Below are positions 15,944-25,946 of a stretch of DNA of 59,446 bases, in pieces. The DNA is from Dehalococcoidia bacterium (GTDB lineage: Bacteria; Chloroflexota; Dehalococcoidia; Lucifugimonadales; UBA3495): assembly GCA_022825745.1 (NCBI GenBank), contig JAJDWF010000035.1, forward strand, positions 1 to 59,446. Reading direction: 5' to 3'. The translations under genes and the position numbers were made by a program. The number at the start of each line of letters is the position of its first letter. Position 1 is the first letter of the stretch. The notes under the pieces are model-generated. The model was not told the origin of the DNA. It ran no database searches and saw only the letters and a list, made by a program, of their open reading frames with translations.

Positions 15944-18220
15944 TTACGCCCCTTCCAGGTTCTTCATGTAGTTCATCGCGCTGCCGGCTTTGAACCACTC
16001 GATCTGGGTCTGGTTGAGGGTGTGGCGCAGGTTGAGGGTTTCCTCGCTGCCGTCGGCATGCTTCAGGATCGCCTGTACCGGCACGTCCGGCGCCAGGTTG
16101 TTCAGCCCCACCAGGCTCATGCGGTCGTCCTCCAGCACCCGGTCCCAGTCCGCCGGGTCCTCGAAAGTCAGGGGCAACAGGCCCTGCTTCTTCAGGTTGG
16201 ACTCGTGGATGCGGGCGAAGCTGCGGGTGATGATGGCCGCCGCGCCCAGCATCCGGGGCGACAGTGCGGCGTGCTCCCGGCTGGAACCCTCGCCGTAGTT
16301 CTCGTCGCCGATGGCGACCCAGCGGATGTTCTCCGCCTTGTAGGCGCGGGCGATCTCCGGGATGGGCATGATCTCCTCGCCGGAGAGCTGGTTCTTGCCG
16401 GTGCCGGTGTCGTCCGTGTAGGCGTTGTTCGCGCCCAGGAACATATTGTCGCTGAGGTTGTTCAGGTGCCCGCGGAAGCGCAGCCAGGGGCCGGCCGGCG
16501 AAATCGAGTCCGTCGTCGTCTTACCCTCGGTCTTGACCAGCACCGGAATGTCCTCAAAGTCGTTGCCGTCCCAGGCTTCCCACGGCTCCAGCACCTGCAA
16601 GCGGTTGCTGGCCGGGTCAACCCGCACTTCAACGTCGCTGCCGTCTTCCGGCGGATCCACGTACATGTCGGCGCCGGGGTCGAATCCGGTGGGCGGAACC
16701 TCGGGAGCTTCCGAGGGCGGCTGCAGCATGAACTCGTTGCCGTCGGCGTCCACCAGCGGGTCCGTCAGCGGGTTGAAGGACAGCCGTCCGCCCAGGCCCA
16801 TGGCAATGGCCAGCTCGGGGCTGGCGATGAAGTTCATGGTGCCGGCGTTGCCGTCGTTGCGGCTGGGGAAGTTCCGGTTGTACGACGTTACGATGCTGTT
16901 GTCCGTGCCGCGCGCCTCGGGCCGGTTCCACTGGCCGATGCACGGGCCGCAGGCGTTGGCCAGCACCGTCGCGCCGATGGCTTCCAGGGCCTCCTGCTGC
17001 CCATCGCGCTCGATGGTGGCGCGCACCTGCTCGGAGCCGGGGGTAACCAGCAGGCCGGACGCCGCCGTGACGCCGCGAGCCGCCGCCTGGCGGGCCACGT
17101 CGGCACAGCGTTCCATGTCTTCGTAGGACGAGTTGGTGCAACTGCCCACCAGCGCCACCGACACGGTTTCCGGGAAGCCTTCCTGCTCGGCTTCGGCCTT
17201 CAACGCGGAAATCGGCCGCGCCCGGTCGGGCGAGTGGGGGCCGGTAACGTGAGGCTCCAGCGTGGACAGGTCAATCTCTACGATCACGTCGTAGAACTGC
17301 TCCGGCTGCTCCTCAACCTCGGGGTCGGAGCGCAGCAGGTGGACGTACTCCTCGGCAAGGTCAACCAGTTCGCCGCGGCCGGTGGCCCGCAGGTAGGTGG
17401 CCATCCGCTCGTCGTAGGGGAACACGTCGCCGGTGGCGCCAAGCTCCGCGCCCATGTTGCAGATGGTTCCCTTGCCGGTGGCGGAAATCGACGCCGCGCC
17501 GGGGCCGAAGTACTCGATGATGGCGTTGGTGCCGCCGGCCACGGTGAGCTCGTAGGCCAGCTTGATGATGACGTCCTTGGGCGCGGTCCACCCGCTCATG
17601 GAGCCGGTCAGCTTGACGCCGATGATACGGGGGTAGCGCACCTCCCAGGGCAAGCCGGCCATCACGTCGGCCGCGTCCGCGCCGCCCACGCCGATGGCCA
17701 GGGAGCACAGCCCGCCGCCGTTCACGGTGTGGGAGTCGGTGCCGATGATCAGCGCGCCGGGGTAAGCGTACTTCTCCAGCACCACCTGGTGGATGATGCC
17801 CGAACCGGGCTTCCAGAATCCCATGCCGTAGCGCCGGCTGGCGGATTCCAGGAACTGGTAAACCTCGTTGCTCTCGTTCAGGGCGTCCTGCAGGTCGGAT
17901 GACGCGCCGACGCGGGCCTGGATCAGGTGGTCGCAGTGTACCGTGGTGGGCACGGCCACCCGGTCGCGTCCCGACTGCATGAACTGCAAAATCGCCATCT
18001 GGCCGGTCACGTCCTGGTGGGCCACCCGGTCGGGCCGCAGGTTGATGTAGCTGTCGCCGGGGCGCAGGTCGGCCTCTGCCACGTCGTCCAGGTGAGAGAG
18101 CAGCAGCTTTTCCGCCAGGGTCAGCGGGCGGTTGAGACGGGCTCGAACTTGCGCCAGCTTTTCGTCCATTTTGCGGTAGGTTTCCCGCACGAATTCCGGA
18201 GTGGAATCAATGTTGCTCAT
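15944..18220 (-). CDS. acn: Aconitate hydratase (mitochondrial-type clade)
   Basis: VHCDHLI, GTDSHT, GSCTNSSYED, NACGPCIGQW, SYNRNF, NYGEGSSREHAAL; 758 aa. Confidence 0.95.
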   Translation of the reverse strand: MSNIDSTPEFVRETYRKMDEKLAQVRARLNRPLTLAEKLLLSHLDDVAEADLRPGDSYINLRPDRVAHQDVTGQMAILQFMQSGRDRVAVPTTVHCDHLIQARVGASSDLQDALNESNEVYQFLESASRRYGMGFWKPGSGIIHQVVLEKYAYPGALIIGTDSHTVNGGGLCSLAIGVGGADAADVMAGLPWEVRYPRIIGVKLTGSMSGWTAPKDVIIKLAYELTVAGGTNAIIEYFGPGAASISATGKGTICNMGAELGATGDVFPYDERMATYLRATGRGELVDLAEEYVHLLRSDPEVEEQPEQFYDVIVEIDLSTLEPHVTGPHSPDRARPISALKAEAEQEGFPETVSVALVGSCTNSSYEDMERCADVARQAAARGVTAASGLLVTPGSEQVRATIERDGQQEALEAIGATVLANACGPCIGQWNRPEARGTDNSIVTSYNRNFPSRNDGNAGTMNFIASPELAIAMGLGGRLSFNPLTDPLVDADGNEFMLQPPSEAPEVPPTGFDPGADMYVDPPEDGSDVEVRVDPASNRLQVLEPWEAWDGNDFEDIPVLVKTEGKTTTDSISPAGPWLRFRGHLNNLSDNMFLGANNAYTDDTGTGKNQLSGEEIMPIPEIARAYKAENIRWVAIGDENYGEGSSREHAALSPRMLGAAAIITRSFARIHESNLKKQGLLPLTFEDPADWDRVLEDDRMSLVGLNNLAPDVPVQAILKHADGSEETLNLRHTLNQTQIEWFKAGSAMNYMKNLEGA

Positions 18221-18235
18221 CTTGGTCTCTCCTCC

Positions 18236-19063
18236 TCAGAAGGTAACTGTGCTTCCGTACTTGTCCATCAGCGCCAGGAACAGCCGGTGGCGTACCGGAT
18301 TGGCCGCCGCGTTTTCGGAACGGCGCAGGTAGATGCGATAGACCGTTTCCAGCTGATCGTCTCCCATCCAGATGGCGTAGCTGGGCATTCCGTTGCCCAG
18401 CGTGCGATGGATGAATTCCAAACGGCGGATGCGGCTGAGTTGCAGGGCGATTCGTCCATCGCCATCGGTGGTGAGCACGGCGATGCCGCCGTCAGGGTCG
18501 GGGTTCCCGCTGCCGTCCACGAATTCCAGGCAGTCCAGCGTGGCGGGAATCGACACCGTGGCGGCCGCGTTGTGCACCATCACCACGGCCTCGCCGAGCC
18601 CGATGCCGATATCGCCCATGCCGGCGCAGCAGGCCCGGAGCACGCTCCGCAGCAGGTCAATGTCGGCCGGTTGAGCGGTGGCGTGCCGGCGCGCCGGAAG
18701 CGATGCGCTCTCCGGCAGGTGGTCCCCGATAACCTGGGCCAGATCATCCGGTATGGGCGCAAAGTTCACCCGCCCGCGACGGGTCACAGTGGCCTCGCCG
18801 CAGATGGAACCGTAAAGCGTCTTTTCCCCGGACCACCGCCGCGCCACGTCGAACCTGGGGCCATACGTGCAGCCCAGGATGCAGCCCGCCGTGGTGATCT
18901 GCACCCTGGCGGCGTCATCAACTCCAACGGCGTCGTTGAATTCACGGAGAATCGCGTCGGCGTTCCGGCCCCGGTGATACCAGCGCGCGCAGCCATACTC
19001 GTCGGTGCAGACGACGATGTTGACGTCGGGGCGCGTGGCGGAATCGGCGGATGTTGCGCTCAT
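18236..19063 (-). CDS. Thioredoxin-like [2Fe-2S] ferredoxin fused to a ChuX/HutX-like domain
   Basis: N-terminal VVCTDEYGC...GCILGCTYGP; C-terminal SYAIWMGDD...VYRIYLRR...FLALMDKYG. Confidence 0.55.
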   Translation of the reverse strand: MSATSADSATRPDVNIVVCTDEYGCARWYHRGRNADAILREFNDAVGVDDAARVQITTAGCILGCTYGPRFDVARRWSGEKTLYGSICGEATVTRRGRVNFAPIPDDLAQVIGDHLPESASLPARRHATAQPADIDLLRSVLRACCAGMGDIGIGLGEAVVMVHNAAATVSIPATLDCLEFVDGSGNPDPDGGIAVLTTDGDGRIALQLSRIRRLEFIHRTLGNGMPSYAIWMGDDQLETVYRIYLRRSENAAANPVRHRLFLALMDKYGSTVTF

Positions 19064-19219
19064 GTCGTTGCGATGTTGGGCGTGCTGCCCGGATGCAGTA
19101 AACGGGATGCGATAAAACGTCCGCCCGGCTGCTGAGCGCCGGGCGGGAAAATGCTGGGATTTTTGCTGCGATGGCGTCCGCCCGTTTTGGCCGGGCGGCT
19201 GGTCGCGGCCGGCGCGGGA

Positions 19220-19462
19220 CTACTTGTCGAAGTAGTCGTAGTTGATCTTGATGTATTCCTCGTACATTGCCGGCACCGCTTCTTCGGCGAAGATGGCCGT
19301 CACGGGACACACCGGCTCGCAGGCCGCGCAGTCGATGCACTCATCGGGGCTGATGAAGTACATGTCGTCATCGTCGGTGGTGTAGATGCAATCTACCGGG
19401 CAGACATCGACGCAGGCGGCGTCTTTCACGCCGACACACGGCTCGGTAATGATGTAGGTCAT
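19220..19462 (-). CDS. fdxA: Dicluster (7Fe/8Fe) ferredoxin, FdxA-like
   Basis: MTYIITEPC...KDAACVDVCPVDCI...CIDCAACEPVCP. Confidence 0.9.
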   Translation of the reverse strand: MTYIITEPCVGVKDAACVDVCPVDCIYTTDDDDMYFISPDECIDCAACEPVCPVTAIFAEEAVPAMYEEYIKINYDYFDK

Positions 19463-19610
19463 AGCGGCTTTCCCCTCGGTTAATGTGGTGTGCGTGCGGG
19501 CAATGCCCTGATCAATGCGGCTGTCGTAGTATGGGCTACTGCCACTGATGCGAAATTATAGCACGGCGGGAAGCCTATGCAACCGCGAGCGGCTCCCAAT
19601 AACCCGGCGA

Positions 19611-20045
19611 CTACACTCGCGTGAACCGCTTCTTGGTGGAAAGGGTCACAAAGGTCTGCGTCTTCTGCACGCCGTCGATCACGCCGATCTGGGTGCGCAG
19701 AAAGTCGCCCAGGCTCTCGGCGGACTCCAGGGCCGTCCAGACGAAAACGTCGTAGGGCCCGGTGGCCACCACGACGTAGTGGGCCTCATCCAGGTCGGCG
19801 ATGCGCTCGGCAACGGCGTCGGACTTGCCCGGCCCGGTCTCCAGCCCGATGAGGGCGGTGGTGCCGTAGCCCATCTTCTCCAGGTTGGGCACCGCCACCA
19901 CGTGGACGATGTCGTCTTTGATCAGGCGGCGCAGCCGGCGGCGCACGGTACCCTCGCTCACGCCGACGGCCCGCGCTATTTTGGCATTGGACGCGCGCCC
20001 GTCGGACTGGAGAATACCGATAATCTTGAGGTCAAGTTCATCCAT
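19611..20045 (-). CDS. Lrp/AsnC family transcriptional regulator
   Basis: MDELDLKIIGILQSDGRAS HTH, TGPYD. Confidence 0.92.
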   Translation of the reverse strand: MDELDLKIIGILQSDGRASNAKIARAVGVSEGTVRRRLRRLIKDDIVHVVAVPNLEKMGYGTTALIGLETGPGKSDAVAERIADLDEAHYVVVATGPYDVFVWTALESAESLGDFLRTQIGVIDGVQKTQTFVTLSTKKRFTRV

Positions 20046-20247
20046 TGGTTGGTTGACTCCATACGAAATTCGCCGGGCACGCTATGTTTTCCGTATCTCC
20101 GGCGAAATAATTGCCGAACGATAATAGTCTTTCTATTGCCGATTGTCAACCATCAATGGCAATCAATTGTCATTATTCGTCTTAACCACGACGATTTTCC
20201 GGTTTATTTGAGCATTCACACGCATCATATGCGTAAATTACATACGG

Positions 20248-21216
20248 CTAACCCAGACTCAGCGCGCCGACACCCACCACGATCATGACGATTGACGCGC
20301 CTTTTACCGCCAGCGCCTGCGGAGACAGCGACTCGTCCAGCAACTGCCAGCGCACCCGCGACAGGACGGTCGAAGCGGCGAACACGAACAGCGGGCGGGT
20401 CGCCAGCACCGCCGCCACCAGCGACGCCGGCCCCAGGCTATAGGCGTACACCGATAGCAGAATGGAAATCGCTGGCATCAACGCTTCCCCGGTAATCAGC
20501 ATCCCCAGCGCCGTGGGCTGCCGCACGCCGGCGAACAGGCGTCGCCACGCGGACGCGCCGCCGCTCAGTCCCACCATGAAGAAAACCGCCCCCACCGTAG
20601 CCTGCTGTATTCCGAAAACCGTCAACACGGGCAGGTGGGCGTTCAGCGATGCCTTGGTGACCACGAAACTGCCGGCGGCGCACAGCGCGCTCAGCAGCAG
20701 AATCGCCGGGCCATATACCGCAGATCGGTCGCCCAGGGTGAAAACCGCCGTGGTGGGCAGGCTCATCCCCGGCCCGATGCGCCCGTAGGGCCGCTCCTGG
20801 AACAGCCGCACGGAAATCAGCACCGCTCCCACCACCACCAGGCTTATGCCGGCCCACTGGCCGATGGAGATGTGTTCGTCGAGGAACAGCAGCGCCAGGA
20901 TGGCAACGTAGATGGGATTGGTTTGAGCGATGGCCACGGCGCGGGAAGCTTCCATCAACCGCATCCCGCGAAACAGCAGGACCACCGAGCATCCCATCAG
21001 CAGGCCCGCGGCCACCGGCGACACCGCCACCTGCCAGGGTGTGCCCTCGGGAATCCCTACCAGCAGCGTAACAATGCTGCCGTACACCATCCCGCAGATG
21101 CCGCACCACAGGCACAGCGGCGGCACCCCCTGGAAGTGGAAGGACAGCAGCCGCTTGTCGCAAACGCTGACAAAGCAGAAGGCCAGCGAACTGCCCAGAG
21201 CAAGGATAGCCCACAT
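20248..21216 (-). CDS. EamA/DMT family transporter
   Basis: About 10 TM segments in two repeats; P.YVAILA.LFLDEHIS motif. Confidence 0.85.
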   Translation of the reverse strand: MWAILALGSSLAFCFVSVCDKRLLSFHFQGVPPLCLWCGICGMVYGSIVTLLVGIPEGTPWQVAVSPVAAGLLMGCSVVLLFRGMRLMEASRAVAIAQTNPIYVAILALLFLDEHISIGQWAGISLVVVGAVLISVRLFQERPYGRIGPGMSLPTTAVFTLGDRSAVYGPAILLLSALCAAGSFVVTKASLNAHLPVLTVFGIQQATVGAVFFMVGLSGGASAWRRLFAGVRQPTALGMLITGEALMPAISILLSVYAYSLGPASLVAAVLATRPLFVFAASTVLSRVRWQLLDESLSPQALAVKGASIVMIVVGVGALSLG

Positions 21217-21267
21217 TGCGCCAGGTTTCGCCTCAGTGGTTGACCATCATTCGTGGATGCTTCAAGC

Positions 21268-21654
21268 CTAAACCCCGCAATGTTCGTCGCAGTCCTCGGC
21301 CCGGCCCAGCGCCCGGCTGATACCCATGCGGTTGCGTGCGAACCAGCGGTAGAATCCGTCGGATAGCGGGCGCGCCGGCCACCATCCCGTCCACCCAATC
21401 AGCCAGCCCCGGCCGGCCAACCGGTACGCTTCACGCAGGCTGGCCATTCCAACCGTCATCGTGCCGTCAGGCTTGATGCCGTAGAGCGCCGCCCGCACCT
21501 GCTCGGCGGTGAGGCCGTAGGCGGCGGAATCAAAGTCCTCCGCCATGATGTCCACCGCCTCGATGGCGTCCGGATTGCGCCGGTGCAGCATCAGCACTTC
21601 CCGGCTGCACAGCGGACAATCGCCGTCGTACAACAACTGGTAGCGGTCGCTCAT
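21268..21654 (-). CDS. DCC1-like thiol-disulfide oxidoreductase (DUF393)
   Basis: LLYDGDCPLC and YRWFARNR. Confidence 0.9.
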   Translation of the reverse strand: MSDRYQLLYDGDCPLCSREVLMLHRRNPDAIEAVDIMAEDFDSAAYGLTAEQVRAALYGIKPDGTMTVGMASLREAYRLAGRGWLIGWTGWWPARPLSDGFYRWFARNRMGISRALGRAEDCDEHCGV

Positions 21655-21688
21655 CGCATCATCTCATGCAAGGCAAAGGTTCGCGTGT

Positions 21689-22612
21689 TCAGTCGTCAGC
21701 CGGAACCGGCGCGGCGTCGGCGGCCATCTGCTCGGCCTGGGCCGCGGCCAGAGCGGCCACGTCGGTGCCCACGTCCTGCACGCCGTACTTCTTCTCCAGC
21801 TCGTAGATGGCGTCCAGGCCCAGCACCGAGGCCACGTCCCAACGGGTGCCGTAGCGGTCGGGATCGACCATGCCGTCGCTCATCAGCTCCTCGTAGGCCG
21901 CGCGCACCTGTTTGTAGATCAGCCAGATGGTGCTGCCGCAGATCATGATCTTGTAGCCCAGTTCGTCCATGGTCTGCGTCGTCGCCAGGTCGCCGTTGTA
22001 CATGCGCGGCACGTCGGCCAGGTCCCGGGCGTAGCGCTGGATGTCGTCCTGCGACTTGATGCCGTCCACAAACACCAGGTCGGCCCCGGCGTCCATGTAG
22101 GCGCGGCACCGGGCCACGGTGTCCTCCCAGCCGTTCACCGCGTAGGCGTCGCAGCGGGCGATGATGACGAAATCGGGATCCCTACGAGCGTCCAGGGCGG
22201 CGTGGATCTTCTGCACGTGCTCTTCCACCGGAACCACCTGCTTGCCGGCGAAGAAGCCGCACTTCTTGGGGAACACCTGGTCCTCCAGGTGAATGGCGGC
22301 GACGCCGGCCGACTCGTATTCCTTCACCGTGCGGCCCACGTTGAGCGGGTTGCCGTAGCCGGTGTCGGCGTCGCAGATCACCGGGATGTTCACGGCGTCG
22401 GCGATGTACTTGGCGTTGGCGACCATTTCGGTCATGGTGAGCAGGCCCACGTCGGGAAACCCCTTTTCGGCGGCGGTGCCCGCGCCGGTCATGTACACGG
22501 CCTGGTGTCCCACGTCCTCGGCGATGCGGGCGTGCAGCGCGTTCAGCACGAACGGCGCGACGACCATCTTGTCCGACGCCAGCATCCGGCGCAACTTGGC
22601 AGTAGCTTTCAT
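21689..22612 (-). CDS. Isocitrate lyase/PEP mutase family enzyme (methylisocitrate lyase/oxaloacetate hydrolase-like)
   Basis: PDVGLLT, DADTGYG, HLEDQVFPKKCG, IIARCDA. Confidence 0.9.
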   Translation of the reverse strand: MKATAKLRRMLASDKMVVAPFVLNALHARIAEDVGHQAVYMTGAGTAAEKGFPDVGLLTMTEMVANAKYIADAVNIPVICDADTGYGNPLNVGRTVKEYESAGVAAIHLEDQVFPKKCGFFAGKQVVPVEEHVQKIHAALDARRDPDFVIIARCDAYAVNGWEDTVARCRAYMDAGADLVFVDGIKSQDDIQRYARDLADVPRMYNGDLATTQTMDELGYKIMICGSTIWLIYKQVRAAYEELMSDGMVDPDRYGTRWDVASVLGLDAIYELEKKYGVQDVGTDVAALAAAQAEQMAADAAPVPADD

Positions 22613-22628
22613 AACGGCAATACCTCTC

Positions 22629-23336
22629 CTAAAAGATGCGGTCGGTTTCAGCCACGAGGGGCGGCAGGATGGCCTCCACCCAGGGCACCATGTCCCGCAG
22701 CACTTCCACCGGAATCTCGTGGCCCATGTTGTACTCGTGATACGACAGGTTATAGTTCTCCGCGTCCAGGAATTCGCGGGTGCGCCGCGCGCTGTCCATG
22801 GATACCATCTGGTCATGGAGGCCGTGGGCGACGAACACCGGCTGCTCACGGTGGTCGGGCAGGCGCGGGCGCAGCACCTCAGGGTCGGGCAGCGACGCGC
22901 TCAGCGCCACCAGCGCCGCGAACCGGTCGGGACTCCCCAGGCCCATGCGATAGGTCATGCCGCCGCCCTGGGAAAACCCCAGCAGCACGGCCCGGCCGTC
23001 GCCGGCGCGGAACTCCGCCAGCGCTTCGGTGAAGAAAGCGTCCAGCAACGTCTCGGCCTGCTCGAAATGTTCTTCGGTGGCCTGCCCCCGGGGCGGATGC
23101 CATCCGTAGCCGATCATCCCCGGCGCCAGCTCAAAGGGTATGGGCGCGTTGGGGCACACGTACACGTACCCCTTGCGGTTGATGGACGGCGCAAGGCCGG
23201 CCAGGTCCTGCATGTTGGCGCCGAACCCGTGGAGCATCACCACCAAGGGGTAGTCGGCCTCGGCGTCGTAATCGTCGGGGAATATCGCCAGGTAGTGGAG
23301 GCCGTCGTCGGCTACCCTGCGTTGTTGGGCGTGCAT
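22629..23336 (-). CDS. Phospholipase/carboxylesterase (alpha/beta hydrolase)
   Basis: LHGFGAN, GFSQGG, HGLHD, MGHEI. Confidence 0.9.
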   Translation of the reverse strand: MHAQQRRVADDGLHYLAIFPDDYDAEADYPLVVMLHGFGANMQDLAGLAPSINRKGYVYVCPNAPIPFELAPGMIGYGWHPPRGQATEEHFEQAETLLDAFFTEALAEFRAGDGRAVLLGFSQGGGMTYRMGLGSPDRFAALVALSASLPDPEVLRPRLPDHREQPVFVAHGLHDQMVSMDSARRTREFLDAENYNLSYHEYNMGHEIPVEVLRDMVPWVEAILPPLVAETDRIF

Positions 23337-23705
23337 CTACGCTGCTCCTTGGAATCAGTTGCCCCTTGGGATCAATTGGCGGCGCTGACCGCCATTGCCG
23401 CTCTATTGTATCGCAGCGCCGCCCGGCGCGCTCATCGCAACTACGAAAGACCGGGACAGCTGTCCGGAAGGGCCATGATTTCCCCGAAGTGTGCAATTTT
23501 GCACATGTGAAAATCGTCGATAATTATGGTAGTGTACGAGTTGTGCAATCTTGTCCAAGCATCTGCTACGGAATACCGTTAGCAAAGAGAATTCTTGAAG
23601 GTAGTCAGCCAACCGCTCTGACCATTAGGCTGGCCTTGATTTTGAGGCGGGGGCAGATTTCGCCCCCCTCGAACGATACTATGCCAAACCGGAGGTTAGG
23701 GAGAT

Positions 23706-25916
23706 ATGCCCGAAACATTGGCCCGGATCAGTTCACGCCGTCCGCTGGTGATCATCGCTATTTGGGTGCTTGTGGTGGTCGTCGCCCTCGGCATCAACGC
23801 ACAGCTGTTGGCCGGCGCAACCACGACCGAACTGCGCTTGGGCGGAGGCGTTGACTCGCAGCGCGCCGCCGAATTGCTGGAAACCCGGCTGCGCGGCGGG
23901 CCCGAGCCCATAACCGAAATCGTAATCGTCCAATCGGATGCGCTGACCGTTGACGACGCCGCGTTCCAGGAAACCGTGGAGGCGGTGTTCGCCGGCATTG
24001 CGGCCCTCGGACCCGAAGTCGTAACCGTCGCCCAGCACTACTACCAGGCGGGAGATGAATCCCTGGTATCGCAGGACCGGCAGACCACCATCATCCCGGT
24101 GATAATGACCGGGACGCTGGAAGAAGCCACCGACAACGTGGAGCAACTGCTCCATGTAGTCGAGGATGCGAACCAGGCCCAGGGCTATCGCGTCCTGATG
24201 AGCGGCGCCGCCAGCATCGCCCACGAGTCCAACGAACTGGCAACCGAAGACCTGGAGCAGGGCGAACGCATCGGCGTCCCCGTGGCGTTGATCATCCTGC
24301 TGGCCCTATTCGGCGCAGTGGTAGCCTCCCTGATCCCGCTGGGATTGGGCATCGTTTCAATCATAGTCGCCCTGGGCATCGCGGCCCTGATCGGCCAGGT
24401 GTTCGACCTGGTTTTCTTCGTAACGCTGATGATCACCATGATCGGCCTGGCCGTGGGTATCGACTATTCGCTGTTCATCGTGTCCCGTTTCCGTGAAGAG
24501 CTGGAACGGGGCCTGGAGAAGCGAGAAGCGGTCGTCCGGGCCGGAGCCACCGCGGGCAGCGCGGTTCTGTTCAGCGGTCTCACCGTCGTGATCGCCCTTT
24601 GTGGAATGCTCATTATCCCCGCCACGTTCTTCCAGTCGTTGGGCATCGGAGCCATCGTCGTCGTGCTGGTGACGCTGGCCGCCACGTTGACCCTGCTGCC
24701 CGCCGTGCTCTCTCTGCTCGGCGACAAGGTCAACTTCCTCTCCATTCCTTTCTTCAGACGGCGCCGGTCCAGCGACGATACTACGGAGCAGCACGGTTTC
24801 TGGGAAGCCACCACTCGCATCGTTACCAAGGTGCCCATCGTCAGTTTCCTCATCGTGGCCGTGCCCATGATCGTCGCCATCGTCTTCTACTTCGACATCA
24901 ACACCGGGATCAACGGCGTTGACACATTCCCCGAGGGCGCGGAGACCAGGGAAGCGTTCTTCGTCCTGGAAGAGGAGTTCTCGTTCGGCCTGGTGAACCC
25001 CGTTGAAATCGTCATCGACGGCGACCTCAGCGATCCCCGGGTGCAGGCAGCCATCGGCGATCTCGAAACCACGCTGATTGAGGATCCGGGTTTCCCCATC
25101 CCTCCCGCCGTGATTCCCGCCCCGTCGGGCGACCTGGCCCTGATGACCGTCGCCATCCACGGGGAACCCAGCGGCCCCAACGCCGTCGGCGCCGTTGCCC
25201 AACTCCGGGAACAGCACGTCCCGGCAGCCTTTGACGGGACCCCGGCCACGGTGTTCGTTGGCGGCGTTTCTGCGGTCAGCGCCGACCTGTTCGACATCGT
25301 AGATCGCTACACCCCCATCGTCTTTGCCTTCGTCCTCGGCCTCAGCTTCCTCATCCTGCTGCTGGTCTTCCGGTCAATCGTCATACCGGTCAAAGCGGTG
25401 GTGATGAACCTGCTTTCCGTGGGCACGGCCTACGGTCTGCTGGTGCTGGTGTTCCAGAAGGGCCTCGCCACCGACCTGCTGGGTTTCCAGCACGCCGAGG
25501 TGATTGACGCCTGGATACCGCTGTTCCTGTTCACCATCCTCTTCGGCCTGTCCATGGACTACCACGTATTCCTGCTCAGCCGGATCCGGGAACGCTACGA
25601 CCAGACCGGCAACAACGCCGAGGCGGTGGCCTACGGCCTGCGTTCCACGGCCAGCATCATCACCGGCGCCGCGCTCATCATGGTGGCGGTTTTCGGCGCA
25701 TTCGCGGCCGGTGAGACCATCATCAACCAGCAGGTGGGCTTTGGCCTGGCGGTTGCCATCTTCCTGGACGCCACCCTGGTGCGGTCGGTGCTGGTGCCGG
25801 CCAGCATGGAAATGCTGGGGCGCGGCAACTGGTACCTGCCATCCTGGCTGGCCTGGCTGCCCGACGTCCGCGTGGAGCCGGCCCCGGAGCCAGCCCCGGA
25901 GCCGTCCGGGGAATAA
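23706..25916 (+). CDS. MMPL family (RND) transporter
   Basis: GLAVGIDYSLFIVSRFREE and FGLSMDYHVFLLSRIRE motifs; two-repeat TM topology. Confidence 0.93.
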   Translation: MPETLARISSRRPLVIIAIWVLVVVVALGINAQLLAGATTTELRLGGGVDSQRAAELLETRLRGGPEPITEIVIVQSDALTVDDAAFQETVEAVFAGIAALGPEVVTVAQHYYQAGDESLVSQDRQTTIIPVIMTGTLEEATDNVEQLLHVVEDANQAQGYRVLMSGAASIAHESNELATEDLEQGERIGVPVALIILLALFGAVVASLIPLGLGIVSIIVALGIAALIGQVFDLVFFVTLMITMIGLAVGIDYSLFIVSRFREELERGLEKREAVVRAGATAGSAVLFSGLTVVIALCGMLIIPATFFQSLGIGAIVVVLVTLAATLTLLPAVLSLLGDKVNFLSIPFFRRRRSSDDTTEQHGFWEATTRIVTKVPIVSFLIVAVPMIVAIVFYFDINTGINGVDTFPEGAETREAFFVLEEEFSFGLVNPVEIVIDGDLSDPRVQAAIGDLETTLIEDPGFPIPPAVIPAPSGDLALMTVAIHGEPSGPNAVGAVAQLREQHVPAAFDGTPATVFVGGVSAVSADLFDIVDRYTPIVFAFVLGLSFLILLLVFRSIVIPVKAVVMNLLSVGTAYGLLVLVFQKGLATDLLGFQHAEVIDAWIPLFLFTILFGLSMDYHVFLLSRIRERYDQTGNNAEAVAYGLRSTASIITGAALIMVAVFGAFAAGETIINQQVGFGLAVAIFLDATLVRSVLVPASMEMLGRGNWYLPSWLAWLPDVRVEPAPEPAPEPSGE

Positions 25917-25946
25917 CTGAAGCGCGTCTTTCGCGCGGGGCATCCA

